DNA of 45,668 nucleotides from Reclinomonas americana ATCC 50394 (Eukaryota): NCBI GenBank assembly GCA_048213135.1, contig PS015138.1, positions 32,246 to 77,913 of the forward strand, read 5' to 3'. Shown piece by piece: positions 31,701 to 45,668 of this stretch (position 1 is its first letter; each line of letters starts with the position of its first letter). The notes under the pieces were generated by a model. It saw only the letters and a program-made list of their open reading frames with translations, ran no database searches and was not told where the DNA came from. The position numbers and the translations under genes were made by a program.

Positions 31701-33021
31701 CGTTGACTCCGTGAGCTCAGTCGCCATCACTCCCGATGGGCAGCACATTGTAAGTGGGGGTGGGGACAAGACCATACGGGTGTGGTCACTGACGAGTGGA
31801 GAAGAAGTGCGACGATTAGATGGACACACGGAAGGGGTTCTTTGCGTTGCCGTCACTCCCAATGGTGAGCGCATTGTGAGTGGCAGTCAGGACAGGGCTG
31901 TTCGGTTGTGGGCTGTTGTGGGTGCTGGAGAAGAGGCGCGGCGACCGAAGGGACACTCTCATTCCGTGCAAGCTGTTTCACTGGCTCCCGACGGCCGGCA
32001 CGTCACCAGTGCTAATGACAGAGGAACAGTGTGCAGGTGGTCTGTTGCTGATGGCGAAGAAGTGTGGAGGGCGGAAGTGCAGGATTTGTCCACCTACGAG
32101 ATGGCATTTTCAATAGATGGTCAGCTCGTTGCGAGTGGAAGCTATGATGGGACGGTGCACGTGTTGAAGACGGCGAGTGGGGACTTCATGCCACGGTTGG
32201 TTGGACACAGAGGTCACGTGTATTCAGTCGCCATTACTCCCGATAGCCAGTACATTGTTAGTGGTGGTCAAGACATGACTGTACGAGTGTGGTCACTGAC
32301 GAGCGGTGGCGAAGAGGTGTGGCGGTTGGAGGGACACACTGACCCGGTGTGGTCAGTCGCCGTCACTCGCGATGGCCAGCACGTCGTTAGTGGGAGTGCG
32401 GACAACACAGTGCGAGTGTGGTCACTGGCAGGTGGTGAGGAGGTGCGCCGACTGGAAGGCCATACGGGTGAGGTGAATGCAGTGGCAGTGACACCCGATG
32501 GCCAGCACATTGTGAGTGGGACGGGGGTTGGATCGGTGCACGTGTGGTCGATGGCGAGTGGCGAGGAGGTGCACAGGTGCGAGGGGAGTGTGGGATTCTT
32601 GTACGCTCTCGTTGTAACTTCCGATGGCCGGTTTATTGTGCTTGGGGACTCTGAATGGACCATCCGAGTGTGGTCTGTGGCGAGTGGGGAAGAGGTGCAA
32701 CGGATCGAAGGTCTGAAGGACCCGCCATGGCCGCTCTTCTGCATGCCGGACGGACAACACGTGTCCTGCTTGGGCCGGGCGGGTGCGGTGCGTGTGTGGT
32801 CGCTGACGACGGGAGCAGAGGTGCCGGTTGATGCGCTGACCGATCTCGTGGATGCGGATGGTGGTGGCGTCGGGCTGATGGCGTTTGGTGTTTCTCACGT
32901 GGTGCGAGTGTGCGACAGCTGGGTGCAGTTGGTGCGCCGGGGGTCGCACGGGTTGGTGGAGCGCATATTTGGTTCGTTTTTGGCGGATTTTAGCGGGGCT
33001 TTGACGGGCGAAGAAGAGTAG
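28765..33021 (+). CDS. NLR-like STAND protein: putative HEPN RNase, NACHT NTPase, pentapeptide repeats, 14 WD40 repeats
   Basis: Uninterrupted ORF (28657..33021; first in-frame ATG 28765). FDTTALTSIM...LNDVRNTLAHH with the Rx4H motif at 29185-29202. Walker A GNSGAGKT at 29578-29601, Walker B LLLLLDGYDE at 29791-29820, sensor-1 VIITCR, and NPFLL. AAANA followed by GRDLS/GADLR/GADMR/EADFR/GADVT pentapeptides at about 30835-31045. WD40 repeats at about 31075-32810. Small upstream exons near 28404-28637 may be 5' UTR. Confidence 0.92.
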   Translation: MINSQRIIMAFEVVEEAVRLRCQRALALFSRDHSDFDVRAWVPSFTPAGMDAVAVKAWRERHAPLHPSRVKLFEEKQPVVLAWRAAFDADPSSDPTCDGFDTTALTSIMLYGGFVQDDGHKLLLIDDADVRKAVEELNDVRNTLAHHRDQALWTDDTVQQYLGDGGVFLSIISRLQLTADERGRFAARVCETRHVQHTISTFEERLHRLAVRELSFYQHDESVRKDMQMYVPLLCSRERDISSRDKMMDLLTEVDVFLSDANTTQRVLVLFGNSGAGKTTTMSMLAERAWRQWQTRESRRVPVRVPLGALRNADERLLAEAWKRLSLELGLESDVRRLKEEPLLLLLDGYDELYRGVNLFVKNQLDVCRDLKVIITCRGDYALTALGGVTQYRRYFAPVDSRGQLCMHQLMERHIAPFDKEQIEEYFGRLVQVGGDDDDDGGEKRWSTAEEYIRALKSVHGLDALVSNPFLLSVVARVLPQLVASGVQRPTRRDVFDRFIRQWIVREQERQTRLGAERVPSEETCLSFCEGLARLMHERNVVRVSVRVGRSGNDEDDEEGVDEFGGAPRGRRLRADERPIDKFLGHRNQHVRVCCPIVRRYGTSQSGFMHLSLLEHCVARHVFAWETWGEERRLTVQDVQQHVLAVRLLNDRPSLVEQIAEVVRRSPRLQERLWEVISLSREVDEERLVTAAANAAMMLCVAQVSFSGRDLSCVRVRGADLRDAVMHRTVWRGADMRGVNVCMAFAREADFRGADVTEVKWPKLPLAVGAGQVRSVAVTPDGQHAVSGSDDQTVRMWSVATGEEVRRLKGHTASVLSVAITPDGEHIVSGGGDKTVRVWSVASGKEVLRMEGHTGRVMTVSMCPDGQHAVSGSEDRTVRVWSLASGRQLRLLEGHTSAVTSVAVTPDGLHCVSGSWDRTVRMWSLASGEEILRLNGHSSWVNSVAVTPDGQHVVSGGNDKTVRVLSVAGGEEVRRLEGHVDSVSSVAITPDGQHIVSGGGDKTIRVWSLTSGEEVRRLDGHTEGVLCVAVTPNGERIVSGSQDRAVRLWAVVGAGEEARRPKGHSHSVQAVSLAPDGRHVTSANDRGTVCRWSVADGEEVWRAEVQDLSTYEMAFSIDGQLVASGSYDGTVHVLKTASGDFMPRLVGHRGHVYSVAITPDSQYIVSGGQDMTVRVWSLTSGGEEVWRLEGHTDPVWSVAVTRDGQHVVSGSADNTVRVWSLAGGEEVRRLEGHTGEVNAVAVTPDGQHIVSGTGVGSVHVWSMASGEEVHRCEGSVGFLYALVVTSDGRFIVLGDSEWTIRVWSVASGEEVQRIEGLKDPPWPLFCMPDGQHVSCLGRAGAVRVWSLTTGAEVPVDALTDLVDADGGGVGLMAFGVSHVVRVCDSWVQLVRRGSHGLVERIFGSFLADFSGALTGEEE

Positions 33022-34522
33022 GGAGAGGCGAAAGGGAAAGGAGAGGGAGAGGGGAAGGGAGGGGGGTGAAATGGGGAAGGGACTTGAGTTTATCTGAGCC
33101 GCAGTGTATCCGTCTGTTGCTGTTTTGGATGCGACTTGCAGTTTGTGTTAATGCTTAGTTACTACTGGTTGGACTTGCAGCAAGACGACTGTTGCGTTTC
33201 TTGCATTACAGTCTTGTACACTTGTCCTGCTTTTGTCTAGCATCACTTTTTGTACTCTAAATGGTCCGCAGTCGCCGTGCCATTGCGAGTGCCGAGAAGG
33301 CTGCTGCACGAGCTCAACGAGCTGCACATGCGGCTGCCCGAGCTGCTGCAGCTGCCACTGCAGCAGGAGAGGAAGAGAGAGAGGCAGAGGAGGCAGTGGC
33401 AGAGGAGAGCAGTGTGCCCACATATCTTGAGGCGGCGCAGGCGGTGGTAGAAGAGGTGAAGGGGAAGGGAGAGAGAAAGGGGAAGGGAATTCGTAAGGGT
33501 TGCAGTGGCAAGGTCCTGTGTACTTCGTCAAAGCCGTCTCACTGCTGTCAAGACTGGTGTTTGTGTTCATGCTTAGAAACTCGTTGGACTTGCAGCAAGA
33601 CGACTGTTGCGTTTCTTGCAGTACAGTCTTGTACACTTGTCCTGCATATGTCATGCATCACTTACTTTGTACTCTAATGGTCCGCAGTCGCCGTGCCATT
33701 GCGAGTGCCGAGAAGGCTGCTGCACGCGCTCAACGAGCTGCACATGCGGCTGCCCGAGCTGCTGCAGCTGCCACTGCAGCAGGAGAGGAAGAGAGAGAGG
33801 CAGAGGAGGCAGTGGCAGAGGAGAGCAGTGTGCCCACATATCTTGAGGCGGCGAAGGCGGTGGTGGTAGAGGTGAAGGGGAAGGGAGAGAGAAAGGGAGA
33901 GGGAATTCGAAAGGGTTGCAGTGGCAAGGTCCTGTGTACTTCGTCAAAGCCGTCTCACTGCTGTCAAGACTGGTGTTTGTATTCACGTTTAGGCACTGCT
34001 AGACTTGCAGAAAGACGACTGTTGCTCGAGATCTCGAGGTGTTGCAATACAACCTTGTCCTGCATGTCATATCTCTCTTACTTTGTACTCTAATGGTCCG
34101 CAGTCGCCGTGCCATTGCGAGTGCCGAGAAGGCTGCTGCACGAGCTCAACGAGCTGCACACGCTGCTGCCCGAGCTGCTGCAGCTGCCACTGCAGCAGGA
34201 GAGGAAGAGAGAGAGGCAGAGGAGGCAGTGGCAGAGGAGAGCAGTGTGCCCACATATCTTGAGGCGGCGAAGGCGGTGGTCGAAGAGGTGAAGGGGAAGG
34301 GAGAGGGTAAAGGGAAAGGGAGAGGGAATTCGAAAAGGGTTGCAATGGCAAGGTCCTGTGTACTTCGTCAAAGCCGTCTCACTGCTGTCAAGACTGGTGT
34401 TTGTGATAATGCTTAGAAACTCGTTGGACTTGCAGCAAGACGGCTGTTGCTTGTGGTGCTGTTTCTTGCATAAGTCTTGTACACTTGTCCTGCATATGTC
34501 ACATCACTTACTTTGTACTGTA

Positions 34523-45255
<10,733 letters not shown>

Positions 45256-45396
45256 GTAAGTCGTCGTTTCTGTCATTCTGCTCTCTCTCTCTCTCACACA
45301 CCTCATGCACGTCGCCGTATTCGTCTGCATCATCCCAAACTCTGTCCGTGTGTCTGTGTATCTGTCTCGTTCTTATTTTATTCTCTCTCTGTCTCT

Positions 45397-45439
<43 letters not shown>

Positions 45440-45531
45440 CTCTCTCTCTCCCCTGTGTGAGTGTGCTACTCACCGCGTGTTGCTGCATCTCGAACTCTGT
45501 CCGTGTGTCGTGTATTTGTCTCTTTCTTATT

Positions 45532-45604
<73 letters not shown>

Positions 45605-45668
45605 TCTCTACTACTCGTCTCTCTCGTCGTCTCGTCTACGTCGTCTCTCTTCGTCTATACTCGTCTCT

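Noticed and set aside
33233-33430. Metallothionein-like Cys-rich peptide (CHCECREGCC..CTCGCPSCCSCHC) in each repeat copy
   Set aside because: It is the shifted reading of GCT/GCA Ala codons. Differences between copies are silent in the Ala frame but change this frame.

Overview
Intron-rich, microsatellite-dense eukaryotic (probably protist) draft sequence with N gaps. No CRISPR, rRNA or recognisable transposase is visible. From left to right: (1) an AP-3 beta-adaptin gene on the minus strand, with at least 11 exons, running off the left edge; it has an intronic tRNA-Lys(CTT) and a tandemly duplicated first exon. (2) Three tandem intronless 7-repeat WD40 genes that share an unexplained C-terminal motif. 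(3) A multi-exon hypothetical gene with a helical N-terminal half and a low-complexity C-terminal half. (4) A multi-exon 7TM/GPCR-like gene. (5) An intronless NLR-like gene with the architecture putative HEPN RNase (RNTLAH), NACHT, pentapeptide repeat, 14 WD40. (6) A large multi-exon gene fusing a coiled coil, a pseudokinase and a HECT E3 domain; its first exon occurs in four tandem copies and it runs off the right edge. The best candidate for a new system is the HEPN-NACHT-WD40 receptor together with the related stand-alone WD40 propellers and the adjacent pseudokinase-HECT gene. A second signal is a recurrent class of 5' splice sites with G at +6 instead of +5 (GTTGCG seven times). All gene models were spliced by eye and all domain calls come from motif recognition, not database searches.
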